A stretch of DNA of 60,284 bases from positions 1 to 60,284 of the forward strand of contig SKIW01000026.1 of assembly GCA_007116245.1 (NCBI GenBank). The letters are read 5' to 3'. Below, piece after piece: positions 1 to 8,797 of this stretch; positions within the stretch are counted from its first letter, which is position 1, and the number at the start of each line of letters is the position of its first letter. Source of the DNA: Candidatus Izemoplasma sp. Lineage in GTDB: Bacteria > Bacillota_I > Bacilli_A > Izemoplasmatales > Izemoplasmataceae. The translations under genes and the position numbers were made by a program. Under the pieces are notes generated by a model. That model worked only from the letters and a program-made list of their open reading frames with translations, was not told where the DNA came from and did not search any database.

Positions 1-41
1 CACACTGGAGATCGCGGGTTCGAGTCCCGTCAGGACCGCCA
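1..41 (+). tRNA. 3' fragment of a tRNA cut by the window edge, most likely tRNA-Asp(GUC)
   Basis: Reads CAC-ACTGG-AGATC-GCGGG-TTCGAGT-CCCGT-CAGGACC-G-CCA: end of anticodon loop, anticodon-stem 3' half, 5-nt variable loop, canonical T arm, acceptor 3' strand, discriminator G and encoded CCA ending at 41. Closely resembles the Bacillus tRNA-Asp 3' half as I remember it, and Asp-Phe adjacency is common in Bacillota tRNA clusters. The anticodon itself is off-window. Confidence 0.6.
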
Positions 42-45
42 TTTT

Positions 46-121
<76 letters not shown>

Positions 122-133
122 TTATCGCTTAAT

Positions 134-162
134 GAAGCTATTTATAAGGCTTCGTTTTTTTT
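134..162 (+). terminator. Putative intrinsic terminator after the tRNA cluster
   Basis: GAAGC (134-138) pairs with GCTTC (149-153), followed by a T8 run. The stem is short and the loop is 10 nt, so it is weak. Confidence 0.4.
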
Positions 163-474
163 ATTTTAGAGCGATTTGTCCGTTAGTCGAACCCATTTCC
201 ATCAGTTAAATGATTATTCGCGATGATACTTATTTTTATCATTTATGGAATTAACATGATTATGATATACATACTGTTCGATATTTTAAAATATAAGCAG
301 TATTTGCTATGATAGCAGGAATAGATTTAATATATAAAAGAACAGTCGTGACTGCTTAATAGAAAGATAAAAACTATTGTATCTATGCTTAACATTAAAA
401 AATATTTTTTGATTATCCAATGTTTAGAAGAAAATCATCATCCTTGAAAGTATTATTATCAAGAGGTGAAATGT

Positions 475-1116
475 ATGTTAGCTAAAGAAGCAATGATGAG
501 TTTTGAGAATCCTAAGGAATATTTAGAATTTCTGAGCAAGTTAAAATTCCCAGAGAGTTGGAAAGTCGAGAATGGGCTTTTAAATGAAAGAGGGAAAAGA
601 ATTATCGATAAATATTATACGTTAAAACTAAAACAAATATTTAACGAAAAAAAATTGTTTCGTAGAAATGTTTCAATTGCAGAAATAGTATCATGGCTTG
701 ATGGATTTGTACTGATGACAAGAGTAATCAAACATTTAAACCTAAAAGTTGATGAAAAGTGTTTTAGCAAGTTGAAGATTCATTTTGAGTATAGAATTAG
801 AATGTCAAAAAACCGTAGAATTGATTATGTTTTTGAATATGAAAACAGGATTTTAATTATTGAACTGAGGTTATCTGATAAATTTCCAAATTTATCAAAC
901 ACATGGCAGAAGAAAGAACTTGAGTTAATTGTATATAAAGAATTATTGCATAATTACTTGCCTCATAAAACAAGAATAATAATATATGCATTTATCTTTA
1001 TGCCAGAATATAATGAAAACTCAAAAATCTTAAAGAATATTAAATATAATAAAGAAAATATTAATTTTTTTGTCGAATATGTCATGAAGTATCTGATAAA
1101 TATAAATGAAACATAG
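475..1116 (+). CDS. Hypothetical protein with a PD-(D/E)xK-nuclease-like core pattern
   Basis: ORF-track ORF 466..1116. ATG at 475 lies 8 nt after AGAGG, so it is the preferred start. Segment RRIDYVFEYENRILIIELRLSD has the beta-strand D ... hydrophobic-E-x-(K/R) layout of NERD/PD-(D/E)xK folds, but with R in place of the usual K. I recognise no other family. Confidence 0.5.
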   Translation: MLAKEAMMSFENPKEYLEFLSKLKFPESWKVENGLLNERGKRIIDKYYTLKLKQIFNEKKLFRRNVSIAEIVSWLDGFVLMTRVIKHLNLKVDEKCFSKLKIHFEYRIRMSKNRRIDYVFEYENRILIIELRLSDKFPNLSNTWQKKELELIVYKELLHNYLPHKTRIIIYAFIFMPEYNENSKILKNIKYNKENINFFVEYVMKYLININET

Positions 1117-1259
1117 TTTTGAAAAGACTCTTAAAACGTCATAGTTATTAATTTGATATAAGTATGGCGTTTTCTTCTTGTTTATAATATGATATATTAG
1201 TGATGGTATTAAAGATAATAAGACCATGCAGTTATGAATATAAATAAAGTGGTGAGATA

Positions 1260-1931
1260 ATGATATTTCTTCTTGTTAATGATGATGGAATTAAAGCTAA
1301 AAGATTAGAATACACAAAAAGTATTTTAAGTAAATACGGAAAAGTTTATACCGTAGCACCAAAGCTAGAACAATCCGGTAAAAGTATGTCAATTACATTG
1401 AGTAAAATACCTTATGAAAAATTGGATGATTATACATACGCTGTTGATGGGACTCCTGTAGATTGTGTATCATTTGCCATTTTTGGTCTTAAACTAAAAC
1501 CAGACTATGTCATTTCTGGAATTAATGAAGGATTTAACATTGGAGTTGACACGGTATACTCAGGGACAGTTGGAGCCGCTTTTCAAGCTCATTATTATGG
1601 GTATAAAACTATAGCTTTTTCTGGAGATGCTAAAGGAACTGAAAATGTAAAGAAATATTTTGAGTCAACACTTAAGTATCTATTTGCTAATAATGTTTCA
1701 TCAAAAGATCATGTAGTAAATGTAAATTTTCCAAAAGAAAAGTTCAGTGAGGAAGCTAAAATTTCTTTTACTGAACCATACTTTGTAAAAATGAGATTAG
1801 TTGCGAATGTAATGGAAAGTTCATTTTACACATACAGAGAGATTTTAGAGGATGAGATACCAGAAAATAGTGATGTGTATGCTTTGAGACATGGTAATAT
1901 TTCTATTTCAAAACTATATTTAAGTAGATAA
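1260..1931 (+). CDS. surE: 5'/3'-nucleotidase SurE
   Basis: N-terminus MIFLLVNDDGI (SurE NDDG metal site), APKLEQSGKS, GTPVDCV, ISGINEGFNIG, VYSGTVGAA. All are SurE hallmarks in the correct order. Confidence 0.8.
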   Translation: MIFLLVNDDGIKAKRLEYTKSILSKYGKVYTVAPKLEQSGKSMSITLSKIPYEKLDDYTYAVDGTPVDCVSFAIFGLKLKPDYVISGINEGFNIGVDTVYSGTVGAAFQAHYYGYKTIAFSGDAKGTENVKKYFESTLKYLFANNVSSKDHVVNVNFPKEKFSEEAKISFTEPYFVKMRLVANVMESSFYTYREILEDEIPENSDVYALRHGNISISKLYLSR

Positions 1932-1968
1932 ATTAATACTATAACTAATAGGAGGTATAGATATATTT

Positions 1969-3015
1969 ATGGAAAATGTAAAAGTTTTAATTTGGGGTTT
2001 TGGAGCAATGGGAAAAGGAATAACCGAAATGTTATTAGGTAAAAAAGGTGTAGAGATTGTAGGAGTGTGTGATTTGAACCCTAAACTCATAGGTAGAAGC
2101 TTTAAGGAATCGCTTGAAATAACCACAGTGGATAAAGATATCATTATAAGTGATGATATTGATGACATTATCAATAATAACGTAATAGATATAGCTATTA
2201 TTGCTACAGATTCATACACTCGAAATTCTTATCCTAAAATTGAGAAAATTGTTAAAGCCGGTATAAATGTAATTAGTACAGCAGAAGAAATGGCGTATCC
2301 ATATGCAAATGAACCAAAATTAGCAGAAAATATGAGTTTACTAGCAAAAAAACATAATGTAACTATTTTAGGAACAGGGATTAATCCTGGATTTGTAATG
2401 GATTATTTAGTTATTGCATTAACGGGAGTAATGGAGAATGTTCAAAAAATTCAAGTAAGTCGAGTTAACAGCTTAAGTCCTTTTGGTCCAACTGTTATGG
2501 ATGAACAAGGTGTTGGTATTACTGTTGAGCAATATAATGAACGTGTAAAGAATAATGATTTGGCTGGACATGTGGGATTTAAAGAGAGTGTATTTATGAT
2601 TGCTGATGCATTAGGGATTAAACTTGATAGTTTTGATCAGCAAATGAAACCGATTATTTCTTCGGTTTATAGAAAAAGCAAGTATGGCGAGGTTAAAGAA
2701 GGTAATCTAGCTGGAATCGATATGACAGCCCAAGGATTTATCGATAATGATGTGTTTATTGATATGCAGCACCCGCAACAAATTGAACCAGAGTTGGAAG
2801 GGACAAACACTGGGGATTATATTAAACTATATGGTAAACCCGAAGTAAACATGTCAATACAACCGGAAATCGATGGTGGGATCGGAACTATATCTATGTG
2901 TGTAAATATGATTCCACATGTAATAAATTCTAAACCGGGTTTAAAGACAATGATAGATCTTCCTGTTCCACGAGCGATACTGGGAGATATTAGAGATTTA
3001 ATTGACCGAGAATAA
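1969..3015 (+). CDS. ord: 2,4-diaminopentanoate dehydrogenase (NAD(P)-dependent, DapB-like fold)
   Basis: N-terminal Rossmann motif VLIWGFGAMGKG, ~348 aa, and it sits directly upstream of ortAB/oraSE/orr as in the Clostridium sticklandii ornithine cluster. Assignment rests mainly on context and size. Confidence 0.65.
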   Translation: MENVKVLIWGFGAMGKGITEMLLGKKGVEIVGVCDLNPKLIGRSFKESLEITTVDKDIIISDDIDDIINNNVIDIAIIATDSYTRNSYPKIEKIVKAGINVISTAEEMAYPYANEPKLAENMSLLAKKHNVTILGTGINPGFVMDYLVIALTGVMENVQKIQVSRVNSLSPFGPTVMDEQGVGITVEQYNERVKNNDLAGHVGFKESVFMIADALGIKLDSFDQQMKPIISSVYRKSKYGEVKEGNLAGIDMTAQGFIDNDVFIDMQHPQQIEPELEGTNTGDYIKLYGKPEVNMSIQPEIDGGIGTISMCVNMIPHVINSKPGLKTMIDLPVPRAILGDIRDLIDRE

Positions 3016-3029
3016 CTTAAATTAATATG

Positions 3030-3070
3030 AAGGTGCTAGTAGAGTAATTACACTTTATTTGCACCTTTTT
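3030..3070 (+). terminator. Possible weak terminator/hairpin after ord
   Basis: AAGGTGC (3030-3036) pairs with GCACCTT (3061-3067), followed by TTT. The loop is 24 nt, so efficiency is doubtful. Confidence 0.3.
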
Positions 3071-3073
3071 ATA

Positions 3074-3102
3074 TTGCTTATTTTCATAAAGACATGTACA
3101 AT
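3074..3102 (+). promoter_or_regulatory. Putative sigma-A promoter of the ortA...arcC operon
   Basis: TTGCTT (3074-3079), 17-nt spacer, TACAAT (3097-3102), ~80 nt upstream of ortA. Confidence 0.4.
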
Positions 3103-3184
3103 GTAAGGGTTTTTATGATATCATATTACAGTGTGGAAAGATTAAATTATTTTTACATTATTTATTAGTTTAAAGGGTGATTAG

Positions 3185-3493
3185 ATGTTAATTGAAAAAG
3201 GAACATTTGTAAGGATTAGAAAAAATTTGCTACTACCAAATGAACGGATTAAAACAATTCCTTCTGAGACAGCTAAGGTTCCTTTCAAGATGTGGATTAA
3301 AGGAGAACTTTTAGAAGAAGCTGAACTTTTTGAAGAGGCGAAGATAATTACTGCAACGGGTAGAATTGTAAGTGGCGTGGTAAAGGAAAAAACTCCAAGA
3401 TATAAACATTCTTATGGAGACTTTGTTGAAGAAATTTATCAAATTAGAAAAATCATACTCAACGAGATGTGGGGTGATTTTGATGACATTTAA
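3185..3493 (+). CDS. ortA: 2-amino-4-ketopentanoate thiolase, alpha (small) subunit
   Basis: 102-aa ORF overlapping the following PLP-enzyme gene by 11 nt. Size and position match OrtA of the ornithine degradation cluster. Confidence 0.65.
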   Translation: MLIEKGTFVRIRKNLLLPNERIKTIPSETAKVPFKMWIKGELLEEAELFEEAKIITATGRIVSGVVKEKTPRYKHSYGDFVEEIYQIRKIILNEMWGDFDDI

Positions 3494-4898
3494 TATTGAT
3501 GATTTATCAAAACGAAAAAACGACATAGTCAAAAAATCCGTGAAGATAGATTATAATCTTTTTGAGAATGAGGGAATAGGATTTGATTATGAAAAGATGA
3601 TGAGTTCAAGTGGACTAAGTTTTGATGATGTACGTCAAATACAGCTCGATTCTGGTGTAGGTAATACTCCATTACGTGAACTGAAAAATCTTACTAGATA
3701 TGCAAGGAAGTTTTCAAAAAAAGGTTACGGCGCACGCATTTTCATAAAGGATGAAGCTAATAATCTTAGCGGCTCTTTTAAAGCGAGGAGAGCGGCTATT
3801 AGTGTACATGTTGCAAAAAAACTAGGGTATAAAGGTGTTATAGCAGCTACAAGTGGCAACTATGGAGCGGCTATTGCAGCTTTAGCAGCGAGAGCAGGTC
3901 TTAAAGCAATTATTGTACAAGAATGTTTTGATTCTAGAAATATAGCTCAACCAGAGATACTCGAAAAAGCTAGAGCTTGTGAATCTTTTGGAGCGGAAGT
4001 AGTACAACTCAGCGTTGGTCCTGAGCTATTTTTGGAGTTTTTGGAATTACTTGATAAAACGGGGTATTTTAACGCTTCATTATATTCACCTTATGGGATT
4101 ATGGGAATTGAAACTTTAGGTTATGAACTAGCTGAAGAAACTCTGATATTAACGGGTAAATATCCAGAAGTTGTTGTTTGTACAAATGCGGGTGGTGGAA
4201 ATCTAACAGGTACTGCTAGGGGACTTAAAAAAGCCGGAGCTAATAAAACAAAAATTGTAGCTTCTAGTGTTAATTTAGAAGGATTACATATGGCAAGTGA
4301 TACGGATTTTAACAGAAAATCATTTACGACCGGGCATACAGGATTTGGTGTTCCATTTGCAGTTAATCCTGATCGAAGCGATGTACCAAGAAGTGCAGCA
4401 AGACCATTAAGATATATGGATGAGTATTATACGATTAATCAAGGAAGTGTATTTTTTATCACCGAAGCTTTAGCTGTTCTCGAGGGATATGAACGGGGTC
4501 CTGCAGGAAACACTTCTCTCGCAGTGGCTTTTAAACTTGCTCAAAGCATGCTAGAAGATGAAATTATCATTGTTCAAGAAACTGAATATACTGGTGCAGG
4601 AAAGCATCATCAGCCACAACTTTCTTTTGCAAAATCAAATAATATTGAATTAAAGTTTGGTGATGTTTCAGAGGAAGTTCCCGGTAAGAATATTGTTTTT
4701 CCGTATTCGGCAGGAGATATAAAAATAAAAGAAATAAGTGTTGATAAACTTAGAAAATCATATTTAAAAAAATATAAAGATGTTGATTTAGCTTTGCTGG
4801 ATAAAAAGTATTTATGTGAAGAGCTAAATGTTCCTTTAGAAAAACTAAATAAGTTATTAGCAGATTTAGGAGGCGACTATGAAAGAAAGAAAAGATGA
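3483..4898 (+). CDS. ortB: 2-amino-4-ketopentanoate thiolase, beta (PLP-dependent) subunit
   Basis: Tryptophan-synthase-beta-fold PLP enzyme: NLSGSFKARRA (PLP lysine), ATSGNYGAA, glycine loop NAGGGNLTG. I prefer the ATG at 3483 (MTFNIDD) over the ORF-track start at 3414, which lies inside ortA. Confidence 0.72.
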   Translation: MTFNIDDLSKRKNDIVKKSVKIDYNLFENEGIGFDYEKMMSSSGLSFDDVRQIQLDSGVGNTPLRELKNLTRYARKFSKKGYGARIFIKDEANNLSGSFKARRAAISVHVAKKLGYKGVIAATSGNYGAAIAALAARAGLKAIIVQECFDSRNIAQPEILEKARACESFGAEVVQLSVGPELFLEFLELLDKTGYFNASLYSPYGIMGIETLGYELAEETLILTGKYPEVVVCTNAGGGNLTGTARGLKKAGANKTKIVASSVNLEGLHMASDTDFNRKSFTTGHTGFGVPFAVNPDRSDVPRSAARPLRYMDEYYTINQGSVFFITEALAVLEGYERGPAGNTSLAVAFKLAQSMLEDEIIIVQETEYTGAGKHHQPQLSFAKSNNIELKFGDVSEEVPGKNIVFPYSAGDIKIKEISVDKLRKSYLKKYKDVDLALLDKKYLCEELNVPLEKLNKLLADLGGDYERKKR

Positions 4899-5235
4899 TT
4901 ATTTAAGCAGACGAGATCATTTAAGAGATATGTCAGATAAAGAATTGAAAGAATACTTCTTTAATTTAGTGGATAAAATGGTAGATCCTTTAATTGAACT
5001 ATCATATGAAAATACTACTAAATCTATTGAGAGAAGTGTTTTATTACGTATGGGGTTTTCAAGTCTTCAAGCAAAAGATGTCGTAGATAAGTTAAATGAG
5101 TACAATCTTTTAAGAAAGGGTTCTGGACACTGCGTTTATAAGGTAGCTAAGAAATTTAAAATTTCACTTCTTAATGCTGGAAAAAAAATAGTTGAGGAAG
5201 ATGGAATAGATTATTTAGTTGAGGTGTTTTCATGA
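4879..5235 (+). CDS. oraS: D-ornithine 4,5-aminomutase, small subunit S
   Basis: 118 aa. SIERSVLLRMGFSSL and GSGHCVYKVAK match my memory of C. sticklandii OraS. The TGA stop overlaps the oraE ATG. Confidence 0.82.
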   Translation: MKERKDDYLSRRDHLRDMSDKELKEYFFNLVDKMVDPLIELSYENTTKSIERSVLLRMGFSSLQAKDVVDKLNEYNLLRKGSGHCVYKVAKKFKISLLNAGKKIVEEDGIDYLVEVFS

Positions 5236-7442
5236 AAAATCTAAAACCAAATGAGAAGTTAGACATTCACGATATATTAAAAGATTTAGACAAATATCAA
5301 CCGCGCAAACGCGGGTGGGTATGGCGTGATAGCCAACCAATAGAAATGCGAGGATTTAAATATGTCCAAGCGAGTCCATCATTAAAAAGATCGATAGCAT
5401 TACCTAGTGCAAATGCATTGGATAATATTGACCCTCAACCCGACAGTGTAATAACAACTGAAATTGCTTCAGGAAGATTTGAAGATGATATTAGGCGTAT
5501 GAGAATGGCTGCATATCATGGTGCTGACCATATTATGGTCATAAGAACTGCGGGTCAATCACATTTCGATGGTCTTTTAGAAGGCACGCCGCAAGGTGTA
5601 GGCGGTATTCCAGTTACACGTAAGCAATTACGTGCGCAAAGACGAGCGTTAGATTTAATTGAAGAAGAAGTTGGTCGTCCAATCAACTATCATTCATATG
5701 TATCAGGGGTTGCTGGTCCTGAGATTGCTGTTTTATTTGTCGAAGAAGGGGTAAATGGAGCACATCAAGATCCACAGTACAATGTACTGTATAGAAACAT
5801 CAATATGGTTAGGAGTTTTGTTGACGCTGCAGAAAGTAAGAAGATTTTAGCTTATGCTAATATAGCTCAAATTGATGGTGCACATAACGCAAATGCTACT
5901 GCAAGAGATGCATGGAAAGTCATGCCTGAACTATTGGTTCAGCACGCTATAAACTCTGTATTCAGTGAAAAAGCTGGAATTAAACCTGAACTTATATGTT
6001 TATCAACTGTTCCACCAGCGGCATCACCAACACCAGATATTAAGATTAATCTACCATATGCGCTAGCCTTAAGAGAGTTTTTTGATAAGTATAAAATGAG
6101 AGCGCAGATGAACACTAAGTATATGGATTCTTCTACACGAGAAGCTACTGTAACGCATGTTTTAAACCTCTTAATATCTCGGTTAACATCTGCAGATATT
6201 CAAAGTACAATTACACCAGATGAAGGTAGAAATGTACCTTGGCATGTATTTAATATAGAAGCTCTAGATACTGCCAAGCAAGCAATGATTGGTATGGATG
6301 ACTTAATGAGTATGCTTTGTTTTAAAGAAGAGGGTTATTTACATACTAAGAAACGCGAAATACAAGAGCGTGCTATTTTAATGATGGAAGAAATCATTGA
6401 AATGGGTGGTTATTTTCAAGCTGTACAAGCAGGCATGTTCGTTGATAGTGGCGAATATCCCGAAAGAAACGGTGACGGAATTGCTCGTGACATAGAAGGT
6501 GGTGTAGGTAATAACTCCGTAATAAAGCGTGACAGCGATTATATGGCGCCAGTTACTGCTCATTTTGGTTATAATAATGTAGAACAATACGGGAAAAAGT
6601 TCGTTGAAAATCCCGCTTTGTTAATAGATGGATGTACATTTGAAAGGCCAGAAATGGTTCAATTTATTGATGAACTTGATGAGTCTGATAATGTTTATTT
6701 AAGATTAGAAGAAACAGAAAAGTATCGTAATTCTAACTTGCTTAAACCAGAAGTTGAATGGCTTGGTGATGGGGTTGTAACAATTGACTTATTTTTCCCA
6801 ACGTCAATAAAAATTGCTAGTGAAGCAGCAATTGCTACAGGTAAAAAAATGAATTTAAAAGATGTTGAAGTTATCCATAAAGAAGTCCTGCATCCTTCTG
6901 AAGGTACAAGGATTCAAATTAAAGGTAAAGTAGATTTTGATATTAATATCGATGATTTAACCATTCCCAAAGATGTTGAAACAATGAGTGAAGAAGAAAT
7001 TTACAATTATGTTAAATCTAACCCGGTTCATGTTATTGCAGGTACTGGAGGGAATGATGAACACAGTGTGGGTTTAAGAGAAGTCCTAGATATTAAGCAT
7101 GGTGGTATTGAGAAATATGGAATCAGTTATACTTATCTAGGTACAAGTGTTCCTATCGAAAAGTTCGTTGATGCAGCAATAGAGATGAATGCACAATGCA
7201 TAATGATGTCAACAATTATCTCACATGATGATATTCATTATAAAAACATGGAGAAGCTTCATAATTACGCTGTTGAAAAAGGTGTAAGAGATAAACTCGT
7301 TTTAATCGCCGGAGGAACACAAGTGACACCAGAAATTGCTAGAAAACACTCAATGGATCAAGGTTTTAGTAGAGGTACAAAAGGGATCCATATTGCAAGT
7401 TTTCTTGTTAACAAAATACGGTTGATTCAAAATGAAGATTGA
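5232..7442 (+). CDS. oraE: D-ornithine 4,5-aminomutase, large subunit E (adenosylcobalamin and PLP dependent)
   Basis: 736 aa. C-terminal Rossmann-type B12 domain with the base-off/His-on motif DEHSVG (nt 7056-7073), then MMSTIISH and LIAGGTQ. N-terminal TIM-barrel-sized part. Coupled to oraS. Confidence 0.85.
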   Translation: MKNLKPNEKLDIHDILKDLDKYQPRKRGWVWRDSQPIEMRGFKYVQASPSLKRSIALPSANALDNIDPQPDSVITTEIASGRFEDDIRRMRMAAYHGADHIMVIRTAGQSHFDGLLEGTPQGVGGIPVTRKQLRAQRRALDLIEEEVGRPINYHSYVSGVAGPEIAVLFVEEGVNGAHQDPQYNVLYRNINMVRSFVDAAESKKILAYANIAQIDGAHNANATARDAWKVMPELLVQHAINSVFSEKAGIKPELICLSTVPPAASPTPDIKINLPYALALREFFDKYKMRAQMNTKYMDSSTREATVTHVLNLLISRLTSADIQSTITPDEGRNVPWHVFNIEALDTAKQAMIGMDDLMSMLCFKEEGYLHTKKREIQERAILMMEEIIEMGGYFQAVQAGMFVDSGEYPERNGDGIARDIEGGVGNNSVIKRDSDYMAPVTAHFGYNNVEQYGKKFVENPALLIDGCTFERPEMVQFIDELDESDNVYLRLEETEKYRNSNLLKPEVEWLGDGVVTIDLFFPTSIKIASEAAIATGKKMNLKDVEVIHKEVLHPSEGTRIQIKGKVDFDINIDDLTIPKDVETMSEEEIYNYVKSNPVHVIAGTGGNDEHSVGLREVLDIKHGGIEKYGISYTYLGTSVPIEKFVDAAIEMNAQCIMMSTIISHDDIHYKNMEKLHNYAVEKGVRDKLVLIAGGTQVTPEIARKHSMDQGFSRGTKGIHIASFLVNKIRLIQNED

Positions 7443-8784
7443 TTGTTTTATAGCAGAGATTGGAAGTACAACAACGATTGTGAATGCATTTCAGTTTAAA
7501 CCGGAAGTATTATTTTTAGGACGCGGTGTTTCCAAAACTACGGTAGATACGGATGTAAGAGAAGGTTTAAAATGTGCAATCGATAATTTTGTTTTGATTA
7601 ATAAAGTAAGCAATCTCAATTATGACGAAATGTTTGCTTCATCAAGTGCCGCCGGAGGATTAAAAATGACAGTTTCAGGGTTAGTTTATGAGATGACTGT
7701 CAAAGCATCAAAAGAAGCTGCGTTAAATGCAGGTGCTAATATTCACCACATCACATCTGGGATTCTCGATGAGGTTGATTTAGAAACAATAATTGATATC
7801 AAACCTAATATTATATTGGTTTCTGGAGGCACGGATTATGGTGAAAAAGAAACTGCGTATACGAATTTAAAAAAAGTTATTAGTTTACAGTTAAATACTC
7901 CGATTATTTATGCTGGAAATACTGCTAATCATAAACGTATTTACAAAGAGTTTGAAAATTTACTCAATAACAAAGAGCTACGAATTGTCGAAAATGTTTA
8001 CCCGCGTGTCGATTATATGAATATACAACCGTTAAGAAATGAAATACACCGTACATTTGAGGAACATATCATTCACGCAAAGGGAATGGAATATATAAAA
8101 GAAATGGTTAACCAATCAATTATTCCAACACCTGGTGCGGTAATGGAGTCAACCATGCTTTTATACGAAATATTTGGTAATGTAATGACAATTGATGTTG
8201 GTGGTGCGACAACGGATGTTCATAGTGTATGCGAACCGAGTGATGAGTATCGAAAATACTATGAAGGAAATCCTAAGGAGAAGCGTACAGTTGAAGGTGA
8301 TCTTGGTGTTTTTGTAAATTATAAATCAGTGTTATCATTAATGGATACTGAGAAACTATTAAGAAAATTGGAAATCGATACAAAAGCGTTCAATGATTTA
8401 CTTCAAAACTACAATTATATTCCTAAAACTAATTTAGAAACTAAATTAGTTTATGAACTAACTAAAAAATGTGTTTTTAAAGCATTAGATAGACATGTAG
8501 GAGACCAAAAAAAAATCTATACTTCAAACGGACAGAAAATGATACCTGAAGGAAAGGATTTATCACAACTAAATCTCATTGTGTTGACAGGGGGACCATT
8601 AATACATCTAGAGAATACTGAATTAATTATTAAAGAATATATAGAGCAAAATCCTAGTAAATTATTACCCAAAAACACAATTAGGATTATGAAAGATAAC
8701 GAATACTTACTTTCAAGTATTGGAACGATTATAAGCAAATATAAAGAGTTTAGTAAAGACATAATAATAAAGTATGTCAAATAA
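7432..8784 (+). CDS. GlmL/MutL-family protein, putative reactivase/chaperone for the B12-dependent aminomutase
   Basis: 450 aa, actin/HSP70-like ATPase motifs (FIAEIGSTTT, SSAAGGL, MTIDVGGATTDVHS) typical of glutamate mutase accessory protein L. Overlaps oraE by 11 nt. Confidence 0.62.
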   Translation: MKIDCFIAEIGSTTTIVNAFQFKPEVLFLGRGVSKTTVDTDVREGLKCAIDNFVLINKVSNLNYDEMFASSSAAGGLKMTVSGLVYEMTVKASKEAALNAGANIHHITSGILDEVDLETIIDIKPNIILVSGGTDYGEKETAYTNLKKVISLQLNTPIIYAGNTANHKRIYKEFENLLNNKELRIVENVYPRVDYMNIQPLRNEIHRTFEEHIIHAKGMEYIKEMVNQSIIPTPGAVMESTMLLYEIFGNVMTIDVGGATTDVHSVCEPSDEYRKYYEGNPKEKRTVEGDLGVFVNYKSVLSLMDTEKLLRKLEIDTKAFNDLLQNYNYIPKTNLETKLVYELTKKCVFKALDRHVGDQKKIYTSNGQKMIPEGKDLSQLNLIVLTGGPLIHLENTELIIKEYIEQNPSKLLPKNTIRIMKDNEYLLSSIGTIISKYKEFSKDIIIKYVK

Positions 8785-8797
8785 ATAAGGGGGCATT

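Noticed and set aside
122-1259. Possible integrated element at the tRNA-Phe 3' flank.
   Set aside because: I looked for a direct repeat of the tRNA-Phe 3' end (…TTCGATTCCGCCCTGAGCCA) downstream of the orphan ORF and found none. There is no integrase or recombinase gene. The orphan ORF is kept only as a low-confidence observation, not called as a mobile element.
3103-3184. Cobalamin riboswitch ahead of the B12-dependent ornithine aminomutase operon.
   Set aside because: Only ~80 nt lie between the candidate promoter and ortA, far shorter than a cobalamin riboswitch. I saw no B12-box-like sequence. An Infernal scan would settle it.
5232-5235. Possibility of genetic code 4 (UGA = Trp), given the low G+C and mollicute-like features such as a long RpoB and long SecE.
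   Set aside because: TGA clearly terminates genes at sensible ends (oraS at 5233-5235, ecfA2, ecfT, the methyltransferase at 41787-41789). All conserved proteins are full length under the standard code, so table 11 applies.
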